Shown: in pieces, positions 19,601-30,100 of the stretch
How the letters are laid out: the number at the start of each line of letters is the position of its first letter
Position numbering within the stretch: position 1 is the first letter of the stretch
Translations under genes and position numbers: made by a program
Notes under the pieces: generated by a model
The model's input: the letters and a program-made list of their open reading frames with translations, nothing else
Told to the model about the DNA's origin: nothing
The model's database searches: none
Origin: Candidatus Woesearchaeota archaeon
GTDB lineage: Archaea; Nanobdellota; Nanobdellia; Woesearchaeales; SKIA01
Direction: 5' to 3'
Assembly: GCA_046704725.1 (NCBI GenBank)
Contig: JBJKRI010000005.1
Location: 1-64,000, forward strand
DNA length: 64,000 nt

Positions 19601-20247
19601 CTACAGGAACGATCAACGCGAACAGCGGCATCGACCTCGCAGAGGCGTTCACGAAGGGAGAGCCGATGGGGGCGGGAGACATCGTCGCCGCGACAGGACC
19701 GAACACCGTGGTGAAGGCCACCCCGAGCATCGCGGAGCAGACCATCGGCGTGGTCTCGACGCATCCGGGCATGACGCTCAACACGAAGGGCATCATCGAC
19801 CCAGTAATGGTCGCTCTCACCGGACGCGTCCCCGTAAAAGTGAAAGGCACGGTGCACATCGGTGATTACATCACGATATCGAACACTCCCGGCGTGGGCA
19901 TCGTCGCGACGAGCCCCGGATTCGTGCTCGGACGCTCATTGCAGAACGGCGCGAACGGCACGGTGACTATCCTCGTCGAGCCGGGCTACTTCAGCCCGCA
20001 AGTGGATAGCAAGAACGACCTGATCGGCGCGAAGAACCACCACATCAGCGGCTTGACCGTCGGGAACGCGCCCACCGTCCAGGCCGCATCCTCGCCGACG
20101 CTCGCCGCGCTCAACGCGACCGTCGCGCAGCTCCAGCAGGAGAACACACAGCTGCGCAACGAGCTGCAGAGCCTGAAGATGTCTGTGGGACTGTCGAACG
20201 GGACGGTGCAGGCAACGGCCACAGGCCTCGTGGTGACGCTCAAATAA
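16603..20247 (+). CDS. Large exported tail-fibre-like adhesin (GIGT repeats, propeller-like repeat block, C-terminal chaperone-like domain and coiled coil)
   Basis: GGAGGTGA RBS, signal peptide and PNPGHSASEI motif. Repeated G(I/V)GT..P..KL.V.G units; about 6 copies of GT(I/V)SGTxI(S/T)(F/W)G; DLAEAF...IGVVST.PG...VALTGRVPVKV; terminal heptads. Rich in N-x-S/T sequons. Confidence 0.8.
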   Translation: MRKPFILLVLLLLPLAMAYTPNPGHSASEIGGGTFATGNFTFPSNVVVNGELNVTTLNVTSQICVGGSCGTTWSGSGGSGGGWQNTSTLVSLVNSANNVSANTLFIDNTNGYVGVGTNKPATALEVEGNTTVNGTLNATTSICLAGTCRTSWPATSNVSSASGWQNTSTTISLATSSNNVNATTLYIDNANGRVGIGSYSPSSTLYIAGNITAENFQTTTARNTYVGYGSGTSNSGTNATGLGADSLQSNTGNNVVALGYQAGYGNTKNDMFFVEQRNVNSVPLILGNFSSGDLGVGTVNPVYKLDVNGTGRFTGAVTASGGLTVTGSLSLPSGSVTNSELANNAITINNATGIAGGGSVSLGSSTTLSLTNTSVSSGAYGSASNIATFTVNGHGRLTAASSVPIAIGAGQVTSGTLGVARGGTGTSTLFTTGSLIFAASSGVYSQDNSNLYWDNSNKRLGIGTNSPNQKLQVNGAVNATTYYGDGSNLTGIQSLIKDFVVANGSVSAGDVVSYLNNGSGITKGIVSNGSVTSFTNGSAVTFNSGSSLYISASALDATHFVVVYEDSSNSGYGTAIIGTISGTSISFGSAYVFNSAATYHLSVAAVNSTAFVVAYEDSGNANNGASIVGTVSGTNISFGSESFFYTQAAATYNSVTKLDSTHVAVAWEGNGDFGRTEVGTVSGTSVSWTAEHDFTSSSGVATTYIDASALSSSSYVVSYLFNNYLYAVVCSYSGSTPTCGTASSVASGSNGIQNSVAALNSTTFVLAFRNPYASTYRGTALIGSVSGTTISWGTQYNFTLNSTQKESVMALNSTRFIVAYSDTSNGYDGMVAFGNVSGTDITFGPVKVIHAASTANSANTFYIPPVVLDSTHIALSYTDTSSSSYGTSVVVVPGGVSTVQEQSKYIGIATGSGSAGSTVPVLLNGVTDAYSGLTTGDIYYTDSSGNLTTNVSEYKVGVALSSTSLLFSGSFSPITNYDGNVGIGTNTPGYKLSVNGSIAATGTINANSGIDLAEAFTKGEPMGAGDIVAATGPNTVVKATPSIAEQTIGVVSTHPGMTLNTKGIIDPVMVALTGRVPVKVKGTVHIGDYITISNTPGVGIVATSPGFVLGRSLQNGANGTVTILVEPGYFSPQVDSKNDLIGAKNHHISGLTVGNAPTVQAASSPTLAALNATVAQLQQENTQLRNELQSLKMSVGLSNGTVQATATGLVVTLK

Positions 20248-20286
20248 TCCCGAAAGCCATTAAAGCGGCATCGGCCTCCCAGCGGT

Positions 20287-20478
20287 ATGGAAGTCTTCGT
20301 GGAGCGGGAGAGACGCACGCTGCAGCGTAGCGAGGGCAGCGTCGCCGAACTGCTCGCGTCGCTGGACATCAACCCCCAGACCGTGCTCGTCGTCAAGAAC
20401 GACGCGCTGGTGACTGAGGACGAGTCCCTCGACCCCGAAGACAGCGTGCGCATCCTCTCCGTGGTGAGCGGCGGATAG
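20287..20478 (+). CDS. Ubiquitin-like sulfur carrier (ThiS/MoaD/SAMP)
   Basis: 63-aa beta-grasp protein ending VSGG; adjacent to the tRNA thiolase. Confidence 0.9.
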   Translation: MEVFVERERRTLQRSEGSVAELLASLDINPQTVLVVKNDALVTEDESLDPEDSVRILSVVSGG

Positions 20479-20514
20479 CGCAACCCTTCTAAAGAGCGGG
20501 ACGTTCCTCTTCCC

Positions 20515-21351
20515 ATGCGATGCTCACTGTGCACGGAGAAAGCCGTCATCGACCACCCCGCACGCTGCGAAAAGCACTTCATCGAAGGGTTCGAGGAGCG
20601 GGTGTGGGAGACGGTCGAGCGCTTCGAACTCATCAAGGAAAACGAGCGTATCTGCGTGGCCGCCTCAGGAGGAAAAGACAGCCTCGCACTGCTGCACGTG
20701 CTCTCGCAGCGCCATCCGATCGAGGCGTTGGCCGTGGACGAAGGCATACCAGGCTATCGCGAGAAGACGCTCGAGGACCTTCGACGCTTCTGCGACGAGC
20801 GCGGCATCCCGCTACGGGTTGTCACGTTCGAGGACTTGGGCGCCAAACCATTGTACGCGCAGGACCTGGAGCGGCCGTGCGCGACGTGCGGCGTCCTGCG
20901 ACGGAAAGCATTGCTGTCGCATAATACAGCGGACCTCATCGCGACCGGGCACAACCTCGACGACGAGTGCCAGAACATCCTCATGAACCTCCTGCGCAAC
21001 AACGAGCACCTCCTCGCGAGGCTCGGACCGCGCACAGCGCCCAACAAGCGCATGGCCGCGCGCATCAAGCCGTTCTACCTCACGCCCGAGCGCGAGGTGC
21101 GCGCCTACTGCCTGCTCAAAGGCATCACCACGAACTTCGTGGAATGCCCGAACGCGGCAGAGAGCTTCCGCTGGCGCGTGAACGAAGCGTTGGCTCGACT
21201 GGAAGCGGAAAAACCCGGGAGCAAGCGACGCATCGTTGAACGCTTCTTGTCGCAGCGCTACGAGGACGGGCGTATAGAAAGAACCTGCGAGCGTTGCGGA
21301 GGACCCGCGAGCGGAAAGCTCTGCAAGGCCTGCACGCTCGTCACGGCGTAA
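20515..21351 (+). CDS. ncsA: tRNA 2-thiolation protein (NcsA/TtuA/Ctu1 family)
   Basis: N-terminal CxxC..C.H zinc finger, SGGKDS PP-loop, CxxCGVLRR, ATGHNLDDE, ECP and C-terminal CxxC..CxxC. Confidence 0.9.
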   Translation: MRCSLCTEKAVIDHPARCEKHFIEGFEERVWETVERFELIKENERICVAASGGKDSLALLHVLSQRHPIEALAVDEGIPGYREKTLEDLRRFCDERGIPLRVVTFEDLGAKPLYAQDLERPCATCGVLRRKALLSHNTADLIATGHNLDDECQNILMNLLRNNEHLLARLGPRTAPNKRMAARIKPFYLTPEREVRAYCLLKGITTNFVECPNAAESFRWRVNEALARLEAEKPGSKRRIVERFLSQRYEDGRIERTCERCGGPASGKLCKACTLVTA

Positions 21352-21383
21352 GCATTTTATGCGATCGGTCTGAAGAAGCGCCT

Positions 21384-22259
21384 ATGGGGCGGTTACGGCG
21401 ATGGACGACCGGAGGGCTCGCGGCAGTATTGCTGCTGGTTCCGACAGCGGAACACGCGGCAATGCGCGTGGGCAATTACTTCCCGCCGCCGATCTCCGCT
21501 CGGGCAGTGCTGCCAGACAAGGGAACGATTCCCTATCCGGATATCCGGCTCATGCCCCGACAGCGCGTCACGGCCGCGTACCTCGCGAAGATGTGCAAGG
21601 CAGCGCTGTTACCCAAGGAGAATCTTGTGCCCGTGATGCGCGGCATGCAACAAGACGATTTCCACGTCGTCATGGAGACCAGGATGCCGTCCGCGCTCAT
21701 CGAGATGTTCAACATCCGCAACGACGGGCAGGCCTCGCACTATCTCGACCCGTGCGCGATCTATCACGAGATCGCGCTCCCGATCGTCGAGGCGACAGAG
21801 AAGGTGAAGCAAGAGAGCTGGCCTGATCTGCGCATAGCTATCATTGACCACGGCCACGGCATGCGGAGCACCGGAGCGGAAAACAGGCGCGTGGGCACGA
21901 ACGAGAACGAATACACGTATTTCCTCATGCTCTCACTCGCTTCACTGCTCAAGGAGAGAGGATTCCATGTCGACACACTTGATTACGCCGGTCCCGCGTG
22001 GAACAAGACAGGACGGCTGAACTATTACAGCGACATGGCCAACCGGCTCGGCAAGCCGTCGAACAGCCTCTACTTCGCGACGCACGTGAACTTCGATCCG
22101 AGCTCGAAACGTCCGGAACCACTGGTAGTATGGACGTACTACCTAGATCTGGCCGAACGCCACACAGAGGAGATCGCCCGCAAGATCGTCCGGGAGACCG
22201 GGCCGATCTACTGTCTCAAGCACCCTGTGTACTGCACCTCGGACGCGGGCGATCCGTGA
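21384..22259 (+). CDS. Exported N-acetylmuramoyl-L-alanine amidase (Amidase_3)-like protein, apparently C-terminally shortened
   Basis: N-terminal hydrophobic anchor; IAIIDHGHG, NENEYT..L...L...GFHV, R....AN and YFATHVN reproduce the H/E/H zinc ligands of Amidase_3. Confidence 0.65.
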   Translation: MGRLRRWTTGGLAAVLLLVPTAEHAAMRVGNYFPPPISARAVLPDKGTIPYPDIRLMPRQRVTAAYLAKMCKAALLPKENLVPVMRGMQQDDFHVVMETRMPSALIEMFNIRNDGQASHYLDPCAIYHEIALPIVEATEKVKQESWPDLRIAIIDHGHGMRSTGAENRRVGTNENEYTYFLMLSLASLLKERGFHVDTLDYAGPAWNKTGRLNYYSDMANRLGKPSNSLYFATHVNFDPSSKRPEPLVVWTYYLDLAERHTEEIARKIVRETGPIYCLKHPVYCTSDAGDP

Positions 22260-22293
22260 CAAGACTTATCAAGCACGCGCGGCTCTTGCAGGC

Positions 22294-22884
22294 ATGCATG
22301 ATATCATCGCCGACACGTCCGCCCTGCGCAAGAGAGCCAAAGAGCTCGGCATCGAGCCGTTGCTGCTTGGAACGGACGTACGCATCGTGCACGAGCCCAA
22401 GGACGTGAACAGGGTCGGAGCGCTGCTCGTCCTCGGGGATTCTGACGCACGGACGCTCATGGAGGCGCCCGTGGACGGCATGGTATCGCTCGAGCAGGAG
22501 CAGAAGCGGGACAAGCTCCATATGCGCCGCGCAGGGCTCGAGCCCGTGGGCGCGCGCATCCTCGCGGAGGGGAGAAAAGCGCTCGTCCTGTCGTACGCGA
22601 GCGTGCGCACGAGCAAGGACCCGGCGCTGGTCATCGGACGCATGCTGCAGAACGTGCGCGTCGCCCGCAAGGCAGGAGTGCCAGTCATATTGGCGAGCAT
22701 GGCAAGGGACGTCGACGAACTGCCGAGCCCGCACGACATGGAAGCCTTCTTCCGGGCCATGGGTGTGCCCGACGATATCACGGTAAAGAACCAACAGACA
22801 TTCTCGTCCTGGCTCGCTCGTGCGCGCACCAGAGCGTCCGACGCGTACGTCGCGGAAGGCGTCACCCGGACAAAAGGTATATAA
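22294..22884 (+). CDS. rnp3: Ribonuclease P protein component 3 (Rpp30-like)
   Basis: RDKLHMRRAGL and GRMLQNVRVARKAGVPVILASMA...LPSPHDMEAF match the archaeal Rpp30 C-terminal half. Confidence 0.75.
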   Translation: MHDIIADTSALRKRAKELGIEPLLLGTDVRIVHEPKDVNRVGALLVLGDSDARTLMEAPVDGMVSLEQEQKRDKLHMRRAGLEPVGARILAEGRKALVLSYASVRTSKDPALVIGRMLQNVRVARKAGVPVILASMARDVDELPSPHDMEAFFRAMGVPDDITVKNQQTFSSWLARARTRASDAYVAEGVTRTKGI

Positions 22885-22908
22885 GGGCGGTTCCGGGGTT
22901 CAACGCCC

Positions 22909-24435
22909 ATGAGAGTAGCGGCAGGAGCACTCGGTATAGCACTCGCTCTGCTGGTGCTCGTTCCGCTTGTCAACGCCCATGTACAGACCGAGCAGCCCAT
23001 CAGCTTCACGGGCGCGACCCTCTCCGGGAGCCAGGAGACCTGCCTTCTCTCCGTGAAGTCGAACAAGGTGACGCCGACCACCTTGATCACGTTGCGCAGC
23101 GATGCATGCGGTGGTCCCAGCATGTACAATACAGGACTGTTCACTTATGGAAAACGCACGGTGACCAGCGCGAGCGCCGGCGTGCCGGTCACCGGAGCCG
23201 GAAGCCAGCCGGGGTTGTGGGCCTACGGCGTCTACTACACCCCGTTAGGACAGATCCTCCCGTACTTCGACAGCGGCACGGCCTATCAGGACGGGACAAT
23301 CCACACATCCTCATACCCGATACAATCGGCGTCGATTTGCGTGCAGAAGATGCAGCTCGATTTCTCGACGAACACCGGCTATCCGGACCTGAGCAGCTCC
23401 TGGGAATATGAGGACCAGCTAAAATCGTTCTCCTCGTGCCAGAGCGCCATCAGCGCGGCCTCGAACATCCCAGCGTTCGAGGGCTATGCAGCGGACGTGA
23501 ACACGCGACGGACGCAGTACCAGTTCCCCATATTCTGCGGTGACATCAATGTCACGCTCGACCACCCAGAATCGTCGGACTGGGCGCCCTTCATGAAGAC
23601 GTACTTGTACTCGAAGGACGCGACGAAAGGATCGATAGCGCCGAGCGCTCCGAACAATGGCAACTACTTCCACTTCGACTTCACCTACGACCAGACGACC
23701 GGAGAGCTGGACGGCTTCACGGTAGGCGTGGACGACGGCTCGGCCGGAGCGGGAGGGTTCCACTACACCGTTACCTGCATGGATCCGATCAGCCCGGACA
23801 GCAGTCAGAGCGTGTGCGCGAAGGTCTCTGGGTATTCGAACCCGTGGGAATCCGCCGGAGCGCCGTACAAGTGCTGCTACGCGCCCCGCCTCGGTCAGAC
23901 GACGTCCGTGAACGGCCAGACGGAATGGTGCACGTCGAACGGCTGGGACTCGGACATTGTGGACAACATCTGCGATCCGCAAAGCGACGGCACCCTCGCA
24001 GGATCCTCGCTCAAGAGCCTGTACGACTCAACGTCCAAGACCTACAAGTTCTGCTGCAAGCCAGGGGACTTCACGCCGATATATCCACCGGATAACACCA
24101 CAGCGTACTTCTGCACCGGAGGAAACCCGCTCATCACTCCCTTCATCAAGCCCATAACGGATTCAACGACCGGCCTGCAATGGGCGTACAACGGCCAGCA
24201 CTGGCTGGAATGCACGCAAGCCACCGACCGACAAGCGGCAGGGTCATACATATGCGACGGCTCGACGCAGCAATGGAACAGCTGCCAGACGGTGAACGGA
24301 AAGTGCTGCGCCAAAGGCGTGTATGACACGCAGATTGTGGCGGCGACGAGCAGCACGCCCGCGCACACGATCGCGTGCTTCAACGGCTACTACGTGGATG
24401 AATCGAAGGGACCGACGGAGGTGACGATACCATGA
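22909..24435 (+). CDS. Secreted Cys-rich surface protein; first gene of the surface/pilin locus
   Basis: Signal peptide, many CC pairs, TATATAA at about 22878; ATGA overlap with the next gene. Confidence 0.8.
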   Translation: MRVAAGALGIALALLVLVPLVNAHVQTEQPISFTGATLSGSQETCLLSVKSNKVTPTTLITLRSDACGGPSMYNTGLFTYGKRTVTSASAGVPVTGAGSQPGLWAYGVYYTPLGQILPYFDSGTAYQDGTIHTSSYPIQSASICVQKMQLDFSTNTGYPDLSSSWEYEDQLKSFSSCQSAISAASNIPAFEGYAADVNTRRTQYQFPIFCGDINVTLDHPESSDWAPFMKTYLYSKDATKGSIAPSAPNNGNYFHFDFTYDQTTGELDGFTVGVDDGSAGAGGFHYTVTCMDPISPDSSQSVCAKVSGYSNPWESAGAPYKCCYAPRLGQTTSVNGQTEWCTSNGWDSDIVDNICDPQSDGTLAGSSLKSLYDSTSKTYKFCCKPGDFTPIYPPDNTTAYFCTGGNPLITPFIKPITDSTTGLQWAYNGQHWLECTQATDRQAAGSYICDGSTQQWNSCQTVNGKCCAKGVYDTQIVAATSSTPAHTIACFNGYYVDESKGPTEVTIP

Positions 24436-26048
24436 AAGCATTGCTCGTCATGCTCCTGCTCGTTCCGCTCGCGGCGGCTGCGGGGACGAACATACCGGTC
24501 ATCGGTTCCGGAGGAAGCGGATCGACGAGCACGACGCCAGTCCTCAACTCCTTCACCGCCACTGCTTCGGCGCCGAGCGTCTCGCCGGGACAGACGGTGA
24601 ACTTCACCCTCACGCTCGATGCGGACACGCCGTACGCGACGATACAGGACTCGTTCTCCACCAACGGTTTCGTCGGCAACAGCACCGCGAACCTCACCTT
24701 CGTGAGCGCCGATATCAACGCCCCGTCAGGAGCCATCGTTAATGGTCTGATGGATAGCGGCGGACTCAACATACAGAACCTGAACGGCGTGCTCGCCGTG
24801 CACATCAAGGCGCTCGCGCACGCAACGTTGAATCCACAGACCGTCGCGGACATCGCGAAGGCATCCGTCGGACAGCTCGCGGGGAGCATCACGGACTCGA
24901 TGACATCCTCCGCGTCCGTGGGTATCAGTGGCAGCTCTACGGCGTCCGGCTCGACGAGCACGGCAGGCATCTCGTCCTCGGGGAAGACGAACGTCATCAC
25001 CACAGGCAGCACCATGTACTTGTGCGGGACGTGGAGCGGAGTGCCGTCGAGCGTCCAGCAAGAAGGGTTCTGCCAAGAGGAGGAGACAAGCATCGGAAAC
25101 TTCACCTGTACGGTCGTCAACGACGGCTTCGCCTGGGCGGCGAACGACCACCTCCCAGTCATCAGCCCGAGCGACACCACAGCATGGAACCTCGTCAAGG
25201 GCATCCCCAGCGTCAGCGCGCTCGGCACGCACAACATCACGTGCTCCAACGGCGTTCCGGTCGTCGCCGTCACCAAGTACAGTCCACCCCCCACACTCCT
25301 GCAAGGACAGTGCGCCGTGAACCAGTGCTTCGACGGCAGCTTCTGCCGAGCGGCGGGATCGATCAGCGGTAATTTCACCTGCGAAGAGCAGACAGGAGAG
25401 ACGCAGGCGTGGTGGACGAGCGACGTGACCACGCTCGCCGACTACTTCATGCAGAACCTCGCCGCGGGCAACGACTACATCCTCAACTGTGGACCCATCA
25501 CCTCAGGCATCAACAACCAGACGACAAGTCCGAACAGCGGCTACTGCGAGCTCGCGTTGCTCGACAGCTCTGACAAACCAACCCAGATCATCCTGGGGAC
25601 CATCCTGCCCAAGAGCACCGACACCGATCAGGGCGCGCTGGACGCCGCGCAAGCGTCCTTCTACAAGCAGGTCGCGCTCACGCACAAGGACTTCGATCCG
25701 AGCACGATCACAAGCACCCAACAACCGTACGCGTACGTGAACTACGACCAGAAAGCGCGCATCCTGTACTTCACGAGCGCGGACAGCCTGCCGACGGGGA
25801 GCACGGGAGGCGTGTGGGGCTGGCTGCTCAACCTGTTCGGCCTTGCGCCGAAAACACCGGTATTGCGCACGCACGCCGGAGAGTACTTCTTCGCCATCAA
25901 GGACGGCTCGTTCACGCAAGGAAAGCAGGCGGCCGTGGAATGGGAAGGAGGGACGACGTGCCCGAGCGGGCGGGTCATCCTCAGGACGGACGGGAACAGC
26001 GAATGCTACACGCCAGGACTCTGGCGGGTGGAGATACAGACGAGATGA
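24432..26048 (+). CDS. Secreted Ser/Thr-rich, Cys-containing surface protein
   Basis: Signal MKALLVMLLLVPLAAAA; ATGA overlaps at both ends. Confidence 0.8.
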   Translation: MKALLVMLLLVPLAAAAGTNIPVIGSGGSGSTSTTPVLNSFTATASAPSVSPGQTVNFTLTLDADTPYATIQDSFSTNGFVGNSTANLTFVSADINAPSGAIVNGLMDSGGLNIQNLNGVLAVHIKALAHATLNPQTVADIAKASVGQLAGSITDSMTSSASVGISGSSTASGSTSTAGISSSGKTNVITTGSTMYLCGTWSGVPSSVQQEGFCQEEETSIGNFTCTVVNDGFAWAANDHLPVISPSDTTAWNLVKGIPSVSALGTHNITCSNGVPVVAVTKYSPPPTLLQGQCAVNQCFDGSFCRAAGSISGNFTCEEQTGETQAWWTSDVTTLADYFMQNLAAGNDYILNCGPITSGINNQTTSPNSGYCELALLDSSDKPTQIILGTILPKSTDTDQGALDAAQASFYKQVALTHKDFDPSTITSTQQPYAYVNYDQKARILYFTSADSLPTGSTGGVWGWLLNLFGLAPKTPVLRTHAGEYFFAIKDGSFTQGKQAAVEWEGGTTCPSGRVILRTDGNSECYTPGLWRVEIQTR

Positions 26049-27175
26049 GGGGACAAGTGACGATATTCATCATATTGGGGCTGGTCATCGTGATCAGCGT
26101 GGTCGTCCTGCTCATGCTCCGTTCGGCAGCAGCGCCCAAAGCCACACCACCAGCGGTTCAATCGGACACGACAGAGGCCAATGTGTGCCTGTCGCGCGTG
26201 ACGCGCGCAGCCGTCAAGGCATTGCAGGACGACGGTATGATCACGAAATCGGAGGGCGGTCCGATTCCCGACGGGACGTATGATTACCTGCTCGCGAACA
26301 CGCACACGGCGAGCGGTTACGGACCGTTCCTGCTCGGGCAGAACAACTACATCGGGCTGTGCGACCCGACAGGGGACAACGCCATCGGAAAGACGCCAGG
26401 GCACTACTTCCCGTGCGGCCCCAGCGCCTACGAGTACTTCGGCAGCCAGAGCATCCAACAACAGCTCGTCTTCACCATCGACCACCAGATGCGCTCGTGC
26501 ATCAACTCGACAGGGAACGCGCACGTCTTCATCGCCGAGCATACCCTGACCGTGACCTGGGACAACCCGAGCATCCAGTACCAGGACCCCGTCTCGCTGC
26601 CGCCCGTCTGGCGCGCCATCGAGGAGACCGTCAGGAGAGACGTGTCGGACAGCACGTTCATCGCCGGAGTCACCAAGCTCACCTGCGCCGGTTGCGAGAA
26701 CGTGAAGGTCACACGGACGCACACGAACCCGAACCACCTCGACTACAGCGTCAATGGGCAGGTCATCGCGGGCATCAACTTCGCTGACCGCGGCATCCTC
26801 ATCCAGGACGGGAATGCCTGGATAGAGCGCGCGCAGCCACCGACGAGCGACTGCACGCTCTCCGGATGCGAGCTGCTCACGCCAGACGAGGAACGGCCGA
26901 GCGTCACCTACGAGCAGGACACATCCACTTGCCATTGGTACGACAAGGCAGGCGAGAAGAAGGGAACACTGAGCTGCTATCCGCAGCTCGCGGGCGTCAA
27001 GCAGGTCGCTCCGTCACCCGACTCGGCTTGGGCATACGAGTGGGCCGTGCAATGGTCCCAAGGATGCTACGCAGCCGTCAAGAACGTTGATATCACCGAC
27101 GGATCCTCGTTCAAGATCCACTTCGACCAGCTCAACATCAAGCCGGAGACGCACGCGGGGTGGCACTGCTCATGA
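26045..27175 (+). CDS. Class III signal peptide (type IV pilin-like) protein
   Basis: MRG|QVTIFIILGLVIVISVVVLLML; ATGA coupling at both ends. Confidence 0.85.
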   Translation: MRGQVTIFIILGLVIVISVVVLLMLRSAAAPKATPPAVQSDTTEANVCLSRVTRAAVKALQDDGMITKSEGGPIPDGTYDYLLANTHTASGYGPFLLGQNNYIGLCDPTGDNAIGKTPGHYFPCGPSAYEYFGSQSIQQQLVFTIDHQMRSCINSTGNAHVFIAEHTLTVTWDNPSIQYQDPVSLPPVWRAIEETVRRDVSDSTFIAGVTKLTCAGCENVKVTRTHTNPNHLDYSVNGQVIAGINFADRGILIQDGNAWIERAQPPTSDCTLSGCELLTPDEERPSVTYEQDTSTCHWYDKAGEKKGTLSCYPQLAGVKQVAPSPDSAWAYEWAVQWSQGCYAAVKNVDITDGSSFKIHFDQLNIKPETHAGWHCS

Positions 27176-30100
27176 AGACCGTCGTTACCGTCGGGATGCT
27201 GCTCTTGGTCGCGCTCGTCGCTGCGGCGGGCGCTTCTGCCGCGACAGTTGCGACACCGGTGTGCGTCGCTGACAACGGTTGTTTCCCAGGAATCACCGTC
27301 ACCCAATGCGCGCAGCTCGCCGGAGGGACGTACTATACGTCGGACCAAATCACGGCGACCATCCAGGCGGAATGCACCACGGGATGCTGCCAATACACCG
27401 ACGTACAAGGTGCGCAGCAGCAGGACCAGACGACCAAGGCGACCTGCGACTATCTCGGAGGCCTCTCGTCGGCGTCATCGACGTTCCAGGCAGGGCAGCA
27501 ATGCAAAGCGAGCACGAACTTCTGCCAGGAAGGACAGACGAACTGCATCTGTGGAGGGGTGCAGATCACGACGGGGACCTACTGCTGCAACAACATCCCC
27601 AACTCGACGGCATGCGCGCCGACGAGCACGACGACCCCGTCAGCGACCAACACTTGCGGGAACCACAAGCTCGACGCGTCCGAACAGTGCGACCCGACGG
27701 TGCAAGCGACCAACTGTCCGACGATACCCGGACAGACGCAGAGCTGCACGAACCAGTGCGACTGCGCGATCAGCCCGTCGGACTATCCGTCGGGCACGAA
27801 CTACTGCGACCCGACGAACACGGCCTGCACGACGCAGAGCACGTGCATCGCCTCTGCTCCCGCGCCCACCTGCGTCTCCGGGAACTGTGTGACGAGCGTG
27901 CCCGGAACGGACAAGGCGCAGGTGAGTTGGGGAATGGACCAGACCTGCAGCAACGTCCTGAGCGGATTCAAGGTCCTCGTCGAAGGAGCGGGAGCGGCCG
28001 TGGAGTATCCCATCACCGGCCTGTTGCCGAACACGACGAGCAGCTCCCAATTCACCGTCACCAACGACACCAACTACAACGTGACCGTCATCGCGGTGTA
28101 CTCGGACGGCACGCAGAAGCCGTCGGACAAGTGGAGCTTCACGAGCGGAGATTCCCAATGCTTCAACGGCGGGAACTCGTTCTGCTCGGATGCGGCCACG
28201 CTCGTCACGTGCGACGCGAACAACAAAGCGAGTCCCACCGACTGCTCTAAGAGCGAGGAGCAGTGCTATCCGACCACGACAGGGACGCCCCCGACTCCAA
28301 GCGCAGCGTGCGAACCGCCCGTCGTGTGCAGCGCGTGCGACCTCGGATACGCGAGCATGGCAGAGTACGAGCTCGGGCTGCCGCAGAACCAGCAAGCGAC
28401 GTTCCAGCTGCAGTCCGGAGGGACGACGCAGAACCTCGCGTGCAGCCAACTGCTCACGCCGTACAGCGTGAACGGGCAGAGCGTCACCTTCTGCTATTAT
28501 GGACAGACCTTCAGCGCGCTCAAGCAGTTCCGCAGCTGCTCGGAGGTATCGTCGTGCAGCAACTACCTCTCACAATCCAGTTGCACGCAAAACGCGTGCC
28601 AGGCGCCGGGGACATGCGAATGGAACCAGAGCGTCGGCGCGTGCACGGCCAAGGAGACGCAGTTCCAGGTGTGCGACCCGTCCATGGACCAGGCGACGTG
28701 CGAAGCGCAGGGCAACAGGTGCGTGTACGACGGCACCCAATGCATCGACCGATCACAGGCCAGCTGTAGCAGCTATCGGACCCAGAGCGCGTGCGTCGGC
28801 ACTACCGGGAGCTTCACCATCGACAAGGCGGACAACCACAACGTCACCGTCAGCGACGACACGTTCGGCTTCGGGAAGTGCGTGTGGGGGACGCCGACCG
28901 GTTCACAGACCGCCGTCTGCTACAAGGACGCGAACAACGACGGAACGCCGGAGCTCGACAATGACTTCACCGACCCCGTCACGACGATCACGACCGACCT
29001 GACGCAGACCTTCCCGCCCAACGTGGTCATCCATTTCCTGCGCTCAGAGGCGGGGACGACGTACGCGAGCCTCACGTCGGGCGCGTGCGGAACGATACAA
29101 CGGCCGACCTCGCAATCGAGCGTGGACCAGAACGCGATGACGATGAACTTCGCGACGCAGACGAGCGGCACGCAACGATATTGCCTGCAGTACTATACCG
29201 AGGACGTTCACTCGAACCTCGAGTACGTCAAGCAATCGACCATCACCGTGAGCAGCGACGCGCTGAGCTTCATGAGCGTGAACGTCACGCCGATCGCCAA
29301 GCAGAACAACGTGAGCGACGTGAACGTGACCTTCGAGGTCAACCGCATGGCGACGTGCAACGCGAGCCTGAGCAATGACACCACGACGTTCTGGCCGCGC
29401 CACACAGACAGCTACGCGCAGGCCTTCGCGCTCTATATCCATGACGTGCCCAACGGCGCGTACACCTTCAATATCCAATGCGCCGCTCAAGGGACAACGA
29501 TCACGAACACGACAGCGCTCGACATCGACGTGGACAACCGCATCGCATATCCGTTCCCGCCCATGGGGAAGTACCTGCCCGGAAAGGTGTCGAGCATCGG
29601 CGTGTACACGCAACAACCGGCGAAATGCACCTACAACAACGGCACAGCCCAGGTCGCGTTCACCGACGCCAGCCAGCCAGTGCCGCTCAACAGCGGACAG
29701 TACTACAGGCACTACGCGACGCCGCAGGACCAGGCGAACGGCTACCATGACTATCCCGTGACCTGCACCTTCAAAGACGGAACGACGCTCCAGGGCAGCG
29801 GGGCGGACACCATCCGCTACGCCATCGACTCCACGCCGCCCGTCGCGTGGGTGCAGTACAACCAGAGCGGGCAGAACATCACGCTGCTCTCCGGGACGCT
29901 CCCCGCGCCGAACGGCGGGCGCACCGTCGACATCCTCTGCAAGGACGCGCTGATCACCGGCTATGGCGGGAACTGGGAGAGCGGTTGCAAGTACCTCCTG
30001 CTCTCCGAACAGGGAGGAGCGTTCACGCAGCACGCGAGCCTGACAGGATACCAGGTCAAGCCAGGGGACCACTTCGCGTACCGCGGCGTGGATGCGCTGG

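Noticed and set aside
16603-20247. Prophage tail gene
   Set aside because: It has a Sec signal peptide, and no capsid, terminase, portal or integrase genes are nearby; the flanks are housekeeping genes.
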